From a virus (lineage: Duplodnaviria > Caudoviricetes), in the IMG/VR virus record IMGVR_UViG_3300040801_001355, positions 1 through 64,000 of that record: DNA of 64,000 bases. One strand, given 5' to 3'. Of the stretch, positions 28,947 to 38,327 are shown one piece after another (position 1 is the stretch's first letter; every line of letters begins with the position of its first letter). The position numbers were made by a program, and so were the translations under genes. Under the pieces are notes generated by a model, which made no database searches, had not been told where the DNA came from, and worked only from the letters and a program-made list of their open reading frames with translations.

Positions 28947-29659
28947 TAAGAAGACGTGTCATAAAAGGTAGGAGTAAAAGTGGTGGTGGAGTTGGCAGAT
29001 TGTATCATTGCGATGGAGATTCTGACAAAATCTATGAATTAGATGTAGATACAATGTTAGACATTTCGAGTGGCGGTGTTGCAAGTCCGTCAACAAATCC
29101 AACTGGCGTAGGTGGAATAAGTGACAGATTATATCATTGTAATTTAAATAGTGACAAACTCTACGAAATAGACATAGACACAAGGTTAGATATAAGTTCG
29201 GGCGGTGTTTCAACACCAGCGTCGTCTCCTTACGGCGTAGGTGGAATAAGTGATAGATTATATCATTGCGATTCAAATAGTGACAAACTCTACGAAATAG
29301 ACATAGACACAAGATTAGATATAAGTTCGGGCGGTGTTTCAACACCAGCGTCGTTTCCTTTTGGCGTAGGTGGAATAAGTGATAGATTATATCATTGCGG
29401 TTATATAGCTCGCAAAATCTATGAATTAGATGTGGGTACTTTATTAGATATAAGTTCGGGCGGCGTAGCAAGTCCGTCGACAGGAGCCATGGGTGTTGGT
29501 GGAATAAGTGACAGATTATACCATTGTGATGAAATTGCTGACAAAATCTATAAATTGGACGTGGACACGAGGTTAGACATAAGTAGCGGTGGTGTATCAA
29601 GCCCGAGTGCACGCCCATACGGTATTGGTGGAATAAAAGTAGTTGAAGAAGCAGTTTAA
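28943..29659 (+). CDS. repeat protein, probable 5-bladed beta-propeller receptor-binding tip
   Basis: Five 43-aa units RLYHC...KIYE.D.DT.LDISSGGV..P...P.G.GG. Confidence 0.7.
   Translation: MIRRRVIKGRSKSGGGVGRLYHCDGDSDKIYELDVDTMLDISSGGVASPSTNPTGVGGISDRLYHCNLNSDKLYEIDIDTRLDISSGGVSTPASSPYGVGGISDRLYHCDSNSDKLYEIDIDTRLDISSGGVSTPASFPFGVGGISDRLYHCGYIARKIYELDVGTLLDISSGGVASPSTGAMGVGGISDRLYHCDEIADKIYKLDVDTRLDISSGGVSSPSARPYGIGGIKVVEEAV
28997..29641 (+). repeat. 5 x 129-bp coding tandem repeat
   Basis: Units start at 28997, 29126, 29255, 29384 and 29513; units 2 and 3 are nearly identical in DNA. Confidence 0.95.
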
Positions 29660-29677
29660 TAAATTAAAGGAGATAAA

Positions 29678-29998
29678 ATGGAATATTTAAGAATCGAATT
29701 AAAACAAGGCACTCCGTTAGATGCCTTTTATCCAAGAATAAAAAACAAATTCAATTGGACTGCATTCGGAACAAGCGTCCAAGCAATTCAATTAGATACT
29801 AACGTAATCACAGGCACTAAAGAAGAAGACGGTGATTATATTTACGTGTTACCGATAGCGGATAAGACACAAGCATTAAAAGCACAAAAGCATTTATTGA
29901 CTTTTAAAGTTGTGAAAACGGTAACAATCTTAACAGAAGAACAGGCAATTGAAGAAAAGCGTATCATAACAGAATTTAAAAAATCTCAAAAGGTGTAA
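29678..29998 (+). CDS. hypothetical protein (fibre module)
   Basis: SD aaggag. Confidence 0.7.
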   Translation: MEYLRIELKQGTPLDAFYPRIKNKFNWTAFGTSVQAIQLDTNVITGTKEEDGDYIYVLPIADKTQALKAQKHLLTFKVVKTVTILTEEQAIEEKRIITEFKKSQKV

Positions 29999-29999
29999 T

Positions 30000-30578
30000 G
30001 TGTATTATTACATTATAAACGATAAAATAAAAGGTTATGAAAAGCAATTTGATTCTGCTTTATATTCATATCCTGAATTAACAGAAGGCCAAAAAACCTT
30101 TTACGAAAGTAATCCTGATGCAACTTTACAAGAAGTGTTAAATGAAGCATTGACAGTAAAGACAGCAGAGGAATTGCTAAATGATGCAATTGAAAGTAAG
30201 CTCTCTGACTTTAATCAATGGTTAAGAGAGCAACAAGATACACCGATTACGGTTAATTTGCCAAGTGGTGCAGTTGCAGAGCTTAAACCTAACGAGCAAG
30301 TAGAAAGTAATCTAACTAAACAATCAAATGGTTTAGATAAGATGTTTGCTCTGCATACAAAAACAGGTGGTCAAGCAGGATTAGATGAAAGCACAATTGT
30401 TATTGACATATTAAATTATGACTTAACAACTACATCGGTTAGTTACACAGAGTATCTAATGGTACTCGGAACTATGTTTGACAAATTTAACGAGCTATAT
30501 ATAAAGAGCAAAGGAATACCCGCACAGATAAATGCGTGTACCACAATAGAAGAAGTCAATGCGATAGCATGGGAGTAA
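30000..30578 (+). CDS. DUF4376-like tail-fibre-associated protein/chaperone
   Basis: C-terminal INACTTIEEVNAIAWE is typical of that family; GTG start. Confidence 0.6.
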   Translation: MYYYIINDKIKGYEKQFDSALYSYPELTEGQKTFYESNPDATLQEVLNEALTVKTAEELLNDAIESKLSDFNQWLREQQDTPITVNLPSGAVAELKPNEQVESNLTKQSNGLDKMFALHTKTGGQAGLDESTIVIDILNYDLTTTSVSYTEYLMVLGTMFDKFNELYIKSKGIPAQINACTTIEEVNAIAWE

Positions 30579-30581
30579 TAT

Positions 30582-30689
30582 ATGACAACAGCAGAAATTA
30601 TAATGTTAAGTATTATCGTAGTAGGCGGCGTCGGCCTTATCGCAGGCGCAGTTTATATGAAGCGTTGGTTTGATAACCTGAGGCCATAA
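30582..30689 (+). CDS. 35-aa single-TM membrane peptide (not in the ORF track)
   Basis: MTTAEIIMLSIIVVGGVGLIAGAVYMKRWFDNLRP; SD ggag; TAATG coupling to the next gene. Confidence 0.6.
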   Translation: MTTAEIIMLSIIVVGGVGLIAGAVYMKRWFDNLRP

Positions 30690-31174
30690 TGCCATACAAA
30701 CCTCAATATATCGAGGTTCATTTTAGACGCGGCTTAGGATACAGCGTGCCAGATACAGTTGTGTCTATTGCAACGTTATCTTTACATAGCCACGCTGAAC
30801 TATATATAGATGGCTGGTCGTATTCCGCAACAATGAAAGAGGGAGTACGCAAAGTAAAAGGCAAAAGGCTTAACGATGGTACGTGGGATGTATATCGCAT
30901 TAGAGTAACGTCAGTACAGAAAAGGCAGATGCTGCAATTTTTCGAGGCGACTAAAGGTCTGCCGTATGATTATCTTGGCGTCATCTTTTTCATATGGATG
31001 CCATTTAGTATACAATGCCCTAAGAAATACTATTGTTTCGAGTGGGTGTTTGGCGCGTTACGAGCTGGCTTCAAAGAATTAGTGCCACCGTTTTTACCAA
31101 ATGTTTCTGGTCACGCATTACGTCGAATAGTAAAAGATTTAGAAAAGAAAAACGCGAAGTATTATGGAAGATAA
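30689..31174 (+). CDS. permuted papain-like (NlpC/P60, YiiX-type) enzyme
   Basis: His before Cys: HSHAELY...GLPYDYLG...KYYCFEW. Confidence 0.7.
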   Translation: MPYKPQYIEVHFRRGLGYSVPDTVVSIATLSLHSHAELYIDGWSYSATMKEGVRKVKGKRLNDGTWDVYRIRVTSVQKRQMLQFFEATKGLPYDYLGVIFFIWMPFSIQCPKKYYCFEWVFGALRAGFKELVPPFLPNVSGHALRRIVKDLEKKNAKYYGR

Positions 31175-31493
31175 CATACAAAATAACGCAGGATTTATAT
31201 TAAAGTATATTGAGATAATAGTGCCTATTCTTATCGCTGGTGTGGTAGGAATCATAGCGATTGTGGGGTTCTTTTTAAAAAGACTTATCACATCTATCGA
31301 CAATATGCAAGTAGCCTTTGCGGACTTTGCAGGAGAAATGAGAGTGCAAACAGAAATAAATAGTAACATCAAGGAGGACGTGGCTGACTTAAAAAAGTTA
31401 GTAAGCGATACGACTTTAGATGTAAAAAATCTGGATGTACGTTTAACAACTCTGGAGGTTGCCCACGACCATTTCCATAATAAAAAGAGTTAA
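31164..31493 (+). CDS. membrane protein, N-terminal TM plus coiled coil (holin-like)
   Basis: IIVPILIAGVVGIIAIVGFFL followed by a heptad-patterned region. Confidence 0.6.
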   Translation: MEDNIQNNAGFILKYIEIIVPILIAGVVGIIAIVGFFLKRLITSIDNMQVAFADFAGEMRVQTEINSNIKEDVADLKKLVSDTTLDVKNLDVRLTTLEVAHDHFHNKKS

Positions 31494-31498
31494 AGATA

Positions 31499-34400
31499 AT
31501 GTCTAAAAGAAGACTGCCAAATAACGCCCCTTACCTACGCCCCATGGACAACAAGGAGCGAGATGCCACTCGCCGTAATAAAGGTATTCCTCCTAAGCAA
31601 ACAGCCTTATCTGTTCAAGACGTAAGAGACTACTCGACCCCCGAAGGGGCTGCACAAGCCAATGAGGAGATGAGAAGATTGCGCCTTGGTATAGACGAGG
31701 TGACCGCGCGTCTCCAAGGATTAGGCGGCGGTGATGCTGACACCTCAAGTATTAGAAATATTATTGGTGATGGTGATGGCGGTAGCGGCGGTGGATGGCG
31801 CAGTCCTCAATCAGGCTTTACTGTGCTGCATACTGACGCATACAAGCGTTCTGGCGCCCCCGTAGATTTCCCAAAAAGAATAGATGTATTAGACATTAAA
31901 GATTGGCCGCTGGTCTTTAATGAGCCCCCAATCCCCGTAGCAATTGAGTGGACTATATCAGGAAACCCCGACAACCTCATATACAACACATTGGATAATG
32001 GCGATGGATACACAGCGCATATCACCGCATCTGGGTACGTATTAACATCTCATATACGTGATGTGGTTGAAGAGTATCTTAGCGGCTATAGCGGCACCAT
32101 GGTGCAATCTGGGTTCACCGTAGAGCACGACCCTTATTTCGGCAGCGACCAAATAGTCAGTCTTCCTAAACAAATTGACATGCTTTCTTTTAAAGACTAC
32201 TCTCTTGCATATACGCGAGAACCTTTGCATGTTTTTACGCAGTGGACTTTATCGGGGGCACAAGACTCAGATGTAGAGCATGGCGATTATAACACTTTAG
32301 TGAATGACGCAGGGCATACAGCGTTTATCAGTGTATCAGGCATGATACCTTATGGCGACATAACAAGCTACCTTTCGGGTTGGACATCAGGGATGATTGT
32401 CGATATTAGTACATCGGGCGTCGTAGCTGGAGAAAGTGGGTATTCTGGGTACAGTGGTTACAGTGGTTACTCTGGATATAGTGGTCAGGATGGGGCGCCT
32501 GGCCCACAATCAGGCTTTACCGTCAGGCACAGAGTTGGCCCGTATAACAATGTGGCTGCGACAATCGACGCCGACAGAGTCAAAGCAGTTGATACATTAT
32601 TATTCGATGATGATGATATAGCTTTTACTATTCCGCCTTTACGCACCTATATATCGTGGTATATATCTGGTGACGCAGACGACTCAGGCTACAACACATT
32701 AGCGGACAACAGCGGGCACCAAGTCACTATCGCTGCATCTGGGCTGATACAGTATGGAGAGCTGACTGAATATATCAGCGGCTTTGTAAGTGGTATGATT
32801 AGCGGCTCGCCAAGCGCATCAGGGTACAGCGGTTACTCGGGCATTAGTGGGTACAGCGGTTACTCTGGTACGTCAGGTTACTCTGGCCAAGATGGCGCAA
32901 GTGGCTATAGCGGAGCAAGCGGAACGTCGGGATATTCAGGAATCAGTGGGCAAGATGGGGCGTCAGGCTACTCAGGATACAGCGGCTACTCAGGTCTCAG
33001 TGGATATAGTGGTGAGCCAGGTGATAGTGGCTACTCAGGATACTCGGGCTTGAGTGGTTATTCAGGTCAGGATGGTGAAAGTGGCTATAGCGGGGCGAGC
33101 GGAACGTCAGGATACAGTGGTTACTCGGGCATTAGTGGGTACAGTGGTGAACCTGGACGACTGTCAGGCTTTACTGTGCAGCATCATCCTTGGCTATCTG
33201 CAACGACCGTAGCGGACTTACCAAAGAAAATCGACGTCTTACAATTTAAAGATTTTTACTTAGCATCACAAGTGCCGCATCTTAACGTATATACGGAATG
33301 GTCCATTTCAGGATTAGATGATACCAGCGCTGGCAATACGGCTTATAATACATTGCTTAATAACGATGGGCATACGGCTGTAATATCAGTATCTGGTTTT
33401 GTTGCTTATGCCGAGCTGACAGAGTATATTTCTGGTTGGACGTCAGGCATGATAGTAGATATTGGCACGTCAGGCATTAACGAAGGCACATCAGGTTATA
33501 GCGGATATTCAGGATACTCGGGTTACAGTGGTTACTCTGGGTATAGTGGTCAGGACGGCACGATAGGAGAGGATGGCGCAAGTGGTTATAGCGGATATTC
33601 TGGCACGTCAGGTTACTCAGGTGAGCAAGGTGCATCAGGATATAGCGGTTACTCAGGACAAAATGGCGCATCAGGGTATAGTGGTTATAGCGGACAAGAC
33701 GGGGCAAGTGGATTTAGTGGCTACTCAGGCGAAGTAGGCGCATCAGGGTTTAGTGGTTACTCAGGTCAAGACGGAGTAAGTGGTTACAGCGGCTACTCAG
33801 GTCAAGACGGTGCGTCAGGATATAGTGGGGCAAGTGGTGCGTCAGGATATAGCGGCCAACCTGGACGACTATCAGGCTTTACTGTGCATGCTTACCATAA
33901 TATTTTTGGCACGTACGCTGTAGCTGATTCACCAAAGAAAATTGACGTCTTACAATTAAATAGCAGAGCGGTTGCTTTTAACAACCCTCCTCTTGAAGTG
34001 TTTAATCAATGGATTGTCTCAGGCGGCCCAGACGTTGACGACCCAGAAACATCTGGATATAACACATTGGTAGACGAGAGCGGACATACAGCATACGTCA
34101 GTATGTCAGGGTATATACCTCGCAATGTTATCGAAAGCTATTTATCAGGGTGGGTGTCAGGGATGATTGTTGACGTAGGTACATCAGGCATCCAAACAGG
34201 GGCGTCAGGATATAGTGGGTATAGCGGCTATTCGGGGTATAGTGGCGTTAGTGGCTTTAGTGGTTTTAGTGGAGCAAGTGGCACGGGGCCGAGTGGGTAT
34301 AGCGGCACGAGTGGTTATTCAGGTTATAGTGGTTACTCAGGAGAGCAAGGCACATCAGGCTATAGTGGTTACTCAGGTATCAGCGGACAAGACGGCACGT

Positions 34401-37400
34401 CGGGGTACTCAGGGCACAGCGGTCTAAGCGGATATAGTGGTTACTCAGGACAAGACGGTGTGTCAGGGTATAGTGGACAAGATGGACAAAGCGGTTATTC
34501 AGGAGTTAGCGGTTATAGTGGGTATAGCGGCATAAGCGGCCAGGACGGTGCGTCAGGTTATTCGGGCTACAGTGGCCAAGATGGCGTGAGCGGGTACTCT
34601 GGCATTAGTGGATACTCAGGATATAGTGGCACATCAGGATATTCGGGGTACTCAGGTCAAAATGGCATTAGTGGATATTCAGGACAAGATGGCGCGTCAG
34701 GTTATTCGGGATATTCAGGACAAGACGGAGCAAGCGGGTACTCAGGGTATAGTGGTCAGGATGGTCTTAGTGGATACAGCGGATACAGTGGTTACAGCGG
34801 CCAAGACGGGGCAAGTGGCTATAGCGGATACAGTGGTCAAGACGGAGCATCAGGCTACTCAGGATATTCAGGTCAAGACGGAGCATCAGGCTACTCAGGA
34901 TATAGTGGTGAACCTGGACGACTGTCAGGGTTTACTGTGCAACACCGCACATCATCAATAGATATCACGGATATAGATTTACCTAAGAAAATAGACGTGC
35001 TCCAATTCCAAGATTACAGTCCTGTTGGGACTACGGGGGCGTTGTGGTTCGGCAATGTATGGTCAATATCTGGGCAACTTGACGAGGCAGGATACAATAC
35101 ACTTACAGATAACAGTGGGCATACGGCATACATATCGTCATCTGGCTATGTATTTTATGATGACTTAACGGATTTTATCAGTGGCTTTGTGTCTGGCTCC
35201 ATAGAAGATTACGTAGAAAATTATGAAGGCATTAGTGGCCAAAGCGGCTATTCGGGGTACAGTGGATACTCAGGATATAGCGGCTCTAAAGGAGATAGCG
35301 GATACTCAGGGCAAGCTGGTTCGGACGGTCAATTCGGCGGCTTCTCGACAACGTTTATATTTAATGACGACACTACAGGCAGTGACCTTTCATCATTTAG
35401 AAGCGGCATATTACGATTTAACGATTCATTTATGGTGCCAAATATTGGCGTCTCAGAAATCACTGTGTCAAAAGATTATAGTGAAGAGGGATTGGCTGAT
35501 ATAGGAGATTGGCTCGCCAACTCAATACCAAGCAACGATGCGTATATACGTGTAAGCAACTTAAACAATCCTAATAAATTTGGTCTATTAAAAATAAATG
35601 ACGTGTCAGGATTTACGTATACAGTTAAATTGTATGTTGATGAAATCTTAGGTTACCCAGGAACTACAGCTAATCGTTCATGGGGTGCGTCAACAGATGG
35701 CGACCAAGTTTTATTATCAGTAACAACCATAGCCCAGTCAGGTTACAGCGGATATAGCGGCTACTCAGGTGAGCAAGGCGCGTCAGGTTACTCGGGTTAC
35801 TCAGGACAAGATGGGGCGATAGGTGCATCAGGCTACAGCGGCTACTCAGGACAAGACGGCGCGTCAGGATATAGCGGCTACTCAGGTCAAGATGGGGCGA
35901 TAGGAACAGACGGAAGATTTGGGGGCTTCTCAACTAACTTTATATTTAGCGGCGACTTAACAGGTGCAGATGTTATCGCAGATAGAAGTGGCGTTATTAA
36001 ATTCAATCAGTTGTATAGCACCAATACGACGGAAGTCACTTTTTCTAAAGACTATTCTACAGAAGGCCTCGGTAATATTCTTAATTGGTTAAGCGGGACA
36101 TTAACTAATAATAATGGGTACATTAGAATAGCAAACATTGACACACCGAGCCGTTATGTTCATTATAAAATTAATGATATATCAGGCTTTACGTACACTG
36201 TTAAAGCATACGTTGATTTAGTTGTGGGATACCCAGACAGCATCATTAATAGAATATGGGGTAGCATTGCAAATGGCAACGAAGTCTTTGTTAGCTTAAC
36301 GGATAACGGAGAACCAGGTGCGTCAGGATACAGTGGTTACTCAGGCTACTCTGGGTATAGTGGTCAAGACGGAGCAAGTGGCTACTCTGGGTATAGTGGT
36401 CAAGACGGAGCAAGTGGCTACTCTGGGTATTCAGGCCAAGATGGGCAAAGTGGGTATAGTGGTCAGGATGGAGCGTCAGGGTATTCAGGATATTCAGGTC
36501 AGGATGGAGCGTCAGGGTATAGCGGATACTCAGGACAAGATGGAGCGTCAGGATACTCAGGATACAGTGGGCAAGACGGCCCACAAGGCGCGTCAGGATA
36601 TAGTGGGTTCAGCGGTTACAGCGGTCAAAACGGCGATAGCACTACATACGGGACTCTTCCTAACAATAGTGATGCCGCAATTACGCCAACATACGAAGGA
36701 GTGCCTACAGGCGATACTCGTGGCAGTGGTTCAGTTGATTTACAAATGGCGCGTGGCTCTGCATCGCAAGTAACACATGGGGCTCATTCTTTTGCAGTTG
36801 GCGGGCATAGCACGTCTTATGGTATATATAACGCTGCGATAGGTTACGACCACTTTATATCTGGCGATTATAATATTGCTGCTGGGCGTGGGCACACAAT
36901 TGCTGAGGACAGGTCTATTGCTGTAGGATATGCCAATACTATTTCAGGTAACGATAACGCAGTTTTCGGCGGGGCAAACAGAGCGTATAGCGGTAGTCGC
37001 AACAATTTAATAGGCGGCGAAGGCATACAGTTAATCAACTCATTCGCAAACTTATTAGGTGGTGGAGCGCATCTTCTTACAAATAGTCATTTTAATATTG
37101 TTGCAGGCTCAGGACATAATGTTTATGGAAGCGGTAACGCTGCATTTGGGTGGGACACTTATATCAGCGGCGACTATAATGTAGGCGGTGGCCATAAGGC
37201 GTCCATACTTGGTAACGATAGTTTAGTTGGCGGATATTTGTCTTATGTAAGTGGTGATAGCTCTATAGCGTTTGGTAACACTGTATCTGTTACTGGAAAT
37301 TTTAGTACTGCTTTAGGCACGCAACACACAGTAATTGGCGGAGCTTCTGTAGCATTGGGTAGCACGCACGCCATAACAGAATCCTACAATGTCGCAGGCG

Positions 37401-38254
37401 GATATGGCCACGATATTTTTGGTAGTTATAATATTGCAATGGGCGATAGGCATCTTATATCAGGCACCCATAATGATGTTGATGGTCGCACTAATGTTGT
37501 ATCAGGCGATTACAATAGCGTCCATGGCCAAAACCACAATATGTCAGGCGACCATAATATAATAGCAAATTACCAAAATACTGTATTAGGTGACCACCAC
37601 ACTGTCTTATCAGATGGAAGTGTAGTTTATGGTCTTGGTAATACCGTTATTGGTGGCCACGACGTATATGTAAGTGGCATCGATTCAACGGCTATTGGGG
37701 CAACAAGTTTATGCGAAGTTAGAGGTAACTATAGTTTTCTTACGGGTTTTGACAATCATGCGGAAGAAAACCACGTAGCAGTCTTTGGTGCAAATGCGCT
37801 GGCATCACACCATAATGAATTTACAATAGGTGGGCCGATTGGCGGCGGCATTAATCGTCATGCCCAAACTGGTTCCGTTAGATACGTTGGACAAAGACCG
37901 TCGAATGGATTAAGCGAATTATATCTACGATACAATGATACGAAAAGATTTATTATCCCAGATTACACGTCATATCAATGTACCTTGCAGTATATTGGCA
38001 TGAAATTAGATGGGACAAAAATTAAGTCAGGCGAGCGCAAATTTTTAATACATCGTCGTAGCGGGGCGGGGACAGTCGTTTTAACTGGGCTTGAAACAAT
38101 AGGTTCTGACCATGAGTATGGCACGCCATCTTGCTTTATTGTGGTAACTGCTGACACAACAAATGGCTCGCTTAAAATACAAACGACTAATGGTGAATCA
38201 GCTACATATGATTGGGTCGCTACCTTATATTATACTCAAATCAGCACACAATAA
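31499..38254 (+). CDS. giant (2251 aa) collagen-like tail fibre/adhesin
   Basis: Gly-X-Ser tracts (GYS/GQD/GAS); six copies of a ~100-aa SGFTV..PK.ID.L..W.ISG..YNTL domain; two copies of a second domain; C-terminal ~14-aa YadA-head-like repeats. Confidence 0.85.
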   Translation: MSKRRLPNNAPYLRPMDNKERDATRRNKGIPPKQTALSVQDVRDYSTPEGAAQANEEMRRLRLGIDEVTARLQGLGGGDADTSSIRNIIGDGDGGSGGGWRSPQSGFTVLHTDAYKRSGAPVDFPKRIDVLDIKDWPLVFNEPPIPVAIEWTISGNPDNLIYNTLDNGDGYTAHITASGYVLTSHIRDVVEEYLSGYSGTMVQSGFTVEHDPYFGSDQIVSLPKQIDMLSFKDYSLAYTREPLHVFTQWTLSGAQDSDVEHGDYNTLVNDAGHTAFISVSGMIPYGDITSYLSGWTSGMIVDISTSGVVAGESGYSGYSGYSGYSGYSGQDGAPGPQSGFTVRHRVGPYNNVAATIDADRVKAVDTLLFDDDDIAFTIPPLRTYISWYISGDADDSGYNTLADNSGHQVTIAASGLIQYGELTEYISGFVSGMISGSPSASGYSGYSGISGYSGYSGTSGYSGQDGASGYSGASGTSGYSGISGQDGASGYSGYSGYSGLSGYSGEPGDSGYSGYSGLSGYSGQDGESGYSGASGTSGYSGYSGISGYSGEPGRLSGFTVQHHPWLSATTVADLPKKIDVLQFKDFYLASQVPHLNVYTEWSISGLDDTSAGNTAYNTLLNNDGHTAVISVSGFVAYAELTEYISGWTSGMIVDIGTSGINEGTSGYSGYSGYSGYSGYSGYSGQDGTIGEDGASGYSGYSGTSGYSGEQGASGYSGYSGQNGASGYSGYSGQDGASGFSGYSGEVGASGFSGYSGQDGVSGYSGYSGQDGASGYSGASGASGYSGQPGRLSGFTVHAYHNIFGTYAVADSPKKIDVLQLNSRAVAFNNPPLEVFNQWIVSGGPDVDDPETSGYNTLVDESGHTAYVSMSGYIPRNVIESYLSGWVSGMIVDVGTSGIQTGASGYSGYSGYSGYSGVSGFSGFSGASGTGPSGYSGTSGYSGYSGYSGEQGTSGYSGYSGISGQDGTSGYSGHSGLSGYSGYSGQDGVSGYSGQDGQSGYSGVSGYSGYSGISGQDGASGYSGYSGQDGVSGYSGISGYSGYSGTSGYSGYSGQNGISGYSGQDGASGYSGYSGQDGASGYSGYSGQDGLSGYSGYSGYSGQDGASGYSGYSGQDGASGYSGYSGQDGASGYSGYSGEPGRLSGFTVQHRTSSIDITDIDLPKKIDVLQFQDYSPVGTTGALWFGNVWSISGQLDEAGYNTLTDNSGHTAYISSSGYVFYDDLTDFISGFVSGSIEDYVENYEGISGQSGYSGYSGYSGYSGSKGDSGYSGQAGSDGQFGGFSTTFIFNDDTTGSDLSSFRSGILRFNDSFMVPNIGVSEITVSKDYSEEGLADIGDWLANSIPSNDAYIRVSNLNNPNKFGLLKINDVSGFTYTVKLYVDEILGYPGTTANRSWGASTDGDQVLLSVTTIAQSGYSGYSGYSGEQGASGYSGYSGQDGAIGASGYSGYSGQDGASGYSGYSGQDGAIGTDGRFGGFSTNFIFSGDLTGADVIADRSGVIKFNQLYSTNTTEVTFSKDYSTEGLGNILNWLSGTLTNNNGYIRIANIDTPSRYVHYKINDISGFTYTVKAYVDLVVGYPDSIINRIWGSIANGNEVFVSLTDNGEPGASGYSGYSGYSGYSGQDGASGYSGYSGQDGASGYSGYSGQDGQSGYSGQDGASGYSGYSGQDGASGYSGYSGQDGASGYSGYSGQDGPQGASGYSGFSGYSGQNGDSTTYGTLPNNSDAAITPTYEGVPTGDTRGSGSVDLQMARGSASQVTHGAHSFAVGGHSTSYGIYNAAIGYDHFISGDYNIAAGRGHTIAEDRSIAVGYANTISGNDNAVFGGANRAYSGSRNNLIGGEGIQLINSFANLLGGGAHLLTNSHFNIVAGSGHNVYGSGNAAFGWDTYISGDYNVGGGHKASILGNDSLVGGYLSYVSGDSSIAFGNTVSVTGNFSTALGTQHTVIGGASVALGSTHAITESYNVAGGYGHDIFGSYNIAMGDRHLISGTHNDVDGRTNVVSGDYNSVHGQNHNMSGDHNIIANYQNTVLGDHHTVLSDGSVVYGLGNTVIGGHDVYVSGIDSTAIGATSLCEVRGNYSFLTGFDNHAEENHVAVFGANALASHHNEFTIGGPIGGGINRHAQTGSVRYVGQRPSNGLSELYLRYNDTKRFIIPDYTSYQCTLQYIGMKLDGTKIKSGERKFLIHRRSGAGTVVLTGLETIGSDHEYGTPSCFIVVTADTTNGSLKIQTTNGESATYDWVATLYYTQISTQ
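32431..36635 (+). repeat. interrupted Gly-X-Y triplet coding repeats (SGY/SGQDGA)
   Basis: Seven tracts, the longest about 34199-34918; exact 36-bp tandem copies at 34835/34871 and about 36345-36430. Confidence 0.9.
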
Positions 38255-38259
38255 AAACC

Positions 38260-38297
38260 GTGACTTGCGTCACATTTAATAATTCATTATATTCGCA
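38260..38297 (+). promoter_or_regulatory. promoter with overlapping inverted repeat
   Basis: CTTG(38264-38267)-N20-TATATTCGCA(38288-38297); GTGAC-ttgc-GTCAC (38260-38273) spans the -33 box. Confidence 0.7.
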
Positions 38298-38327
38298 ACT
38301 TATCATTACACACAGCGAGGAGAATTA

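Noticed and set aside
28997-29641. Regularly spaced repeats as a CRISPR array or DGR template/variable pair
   Set aside because: The units are in-frame 129-bp coding repeats with no unique spacers. There is no cas or reverse transcriptase gene, and differences are not adenine-specific.
32436-36773. Alternative-frame plus-strand ORFs (VATQDT/IVVKT repeats) inside the collagen gene
   Set aside because: Expected from triplet-repeat codons lacking stops in the shifted frame. There is no initiation signal or slippery site that I can support.
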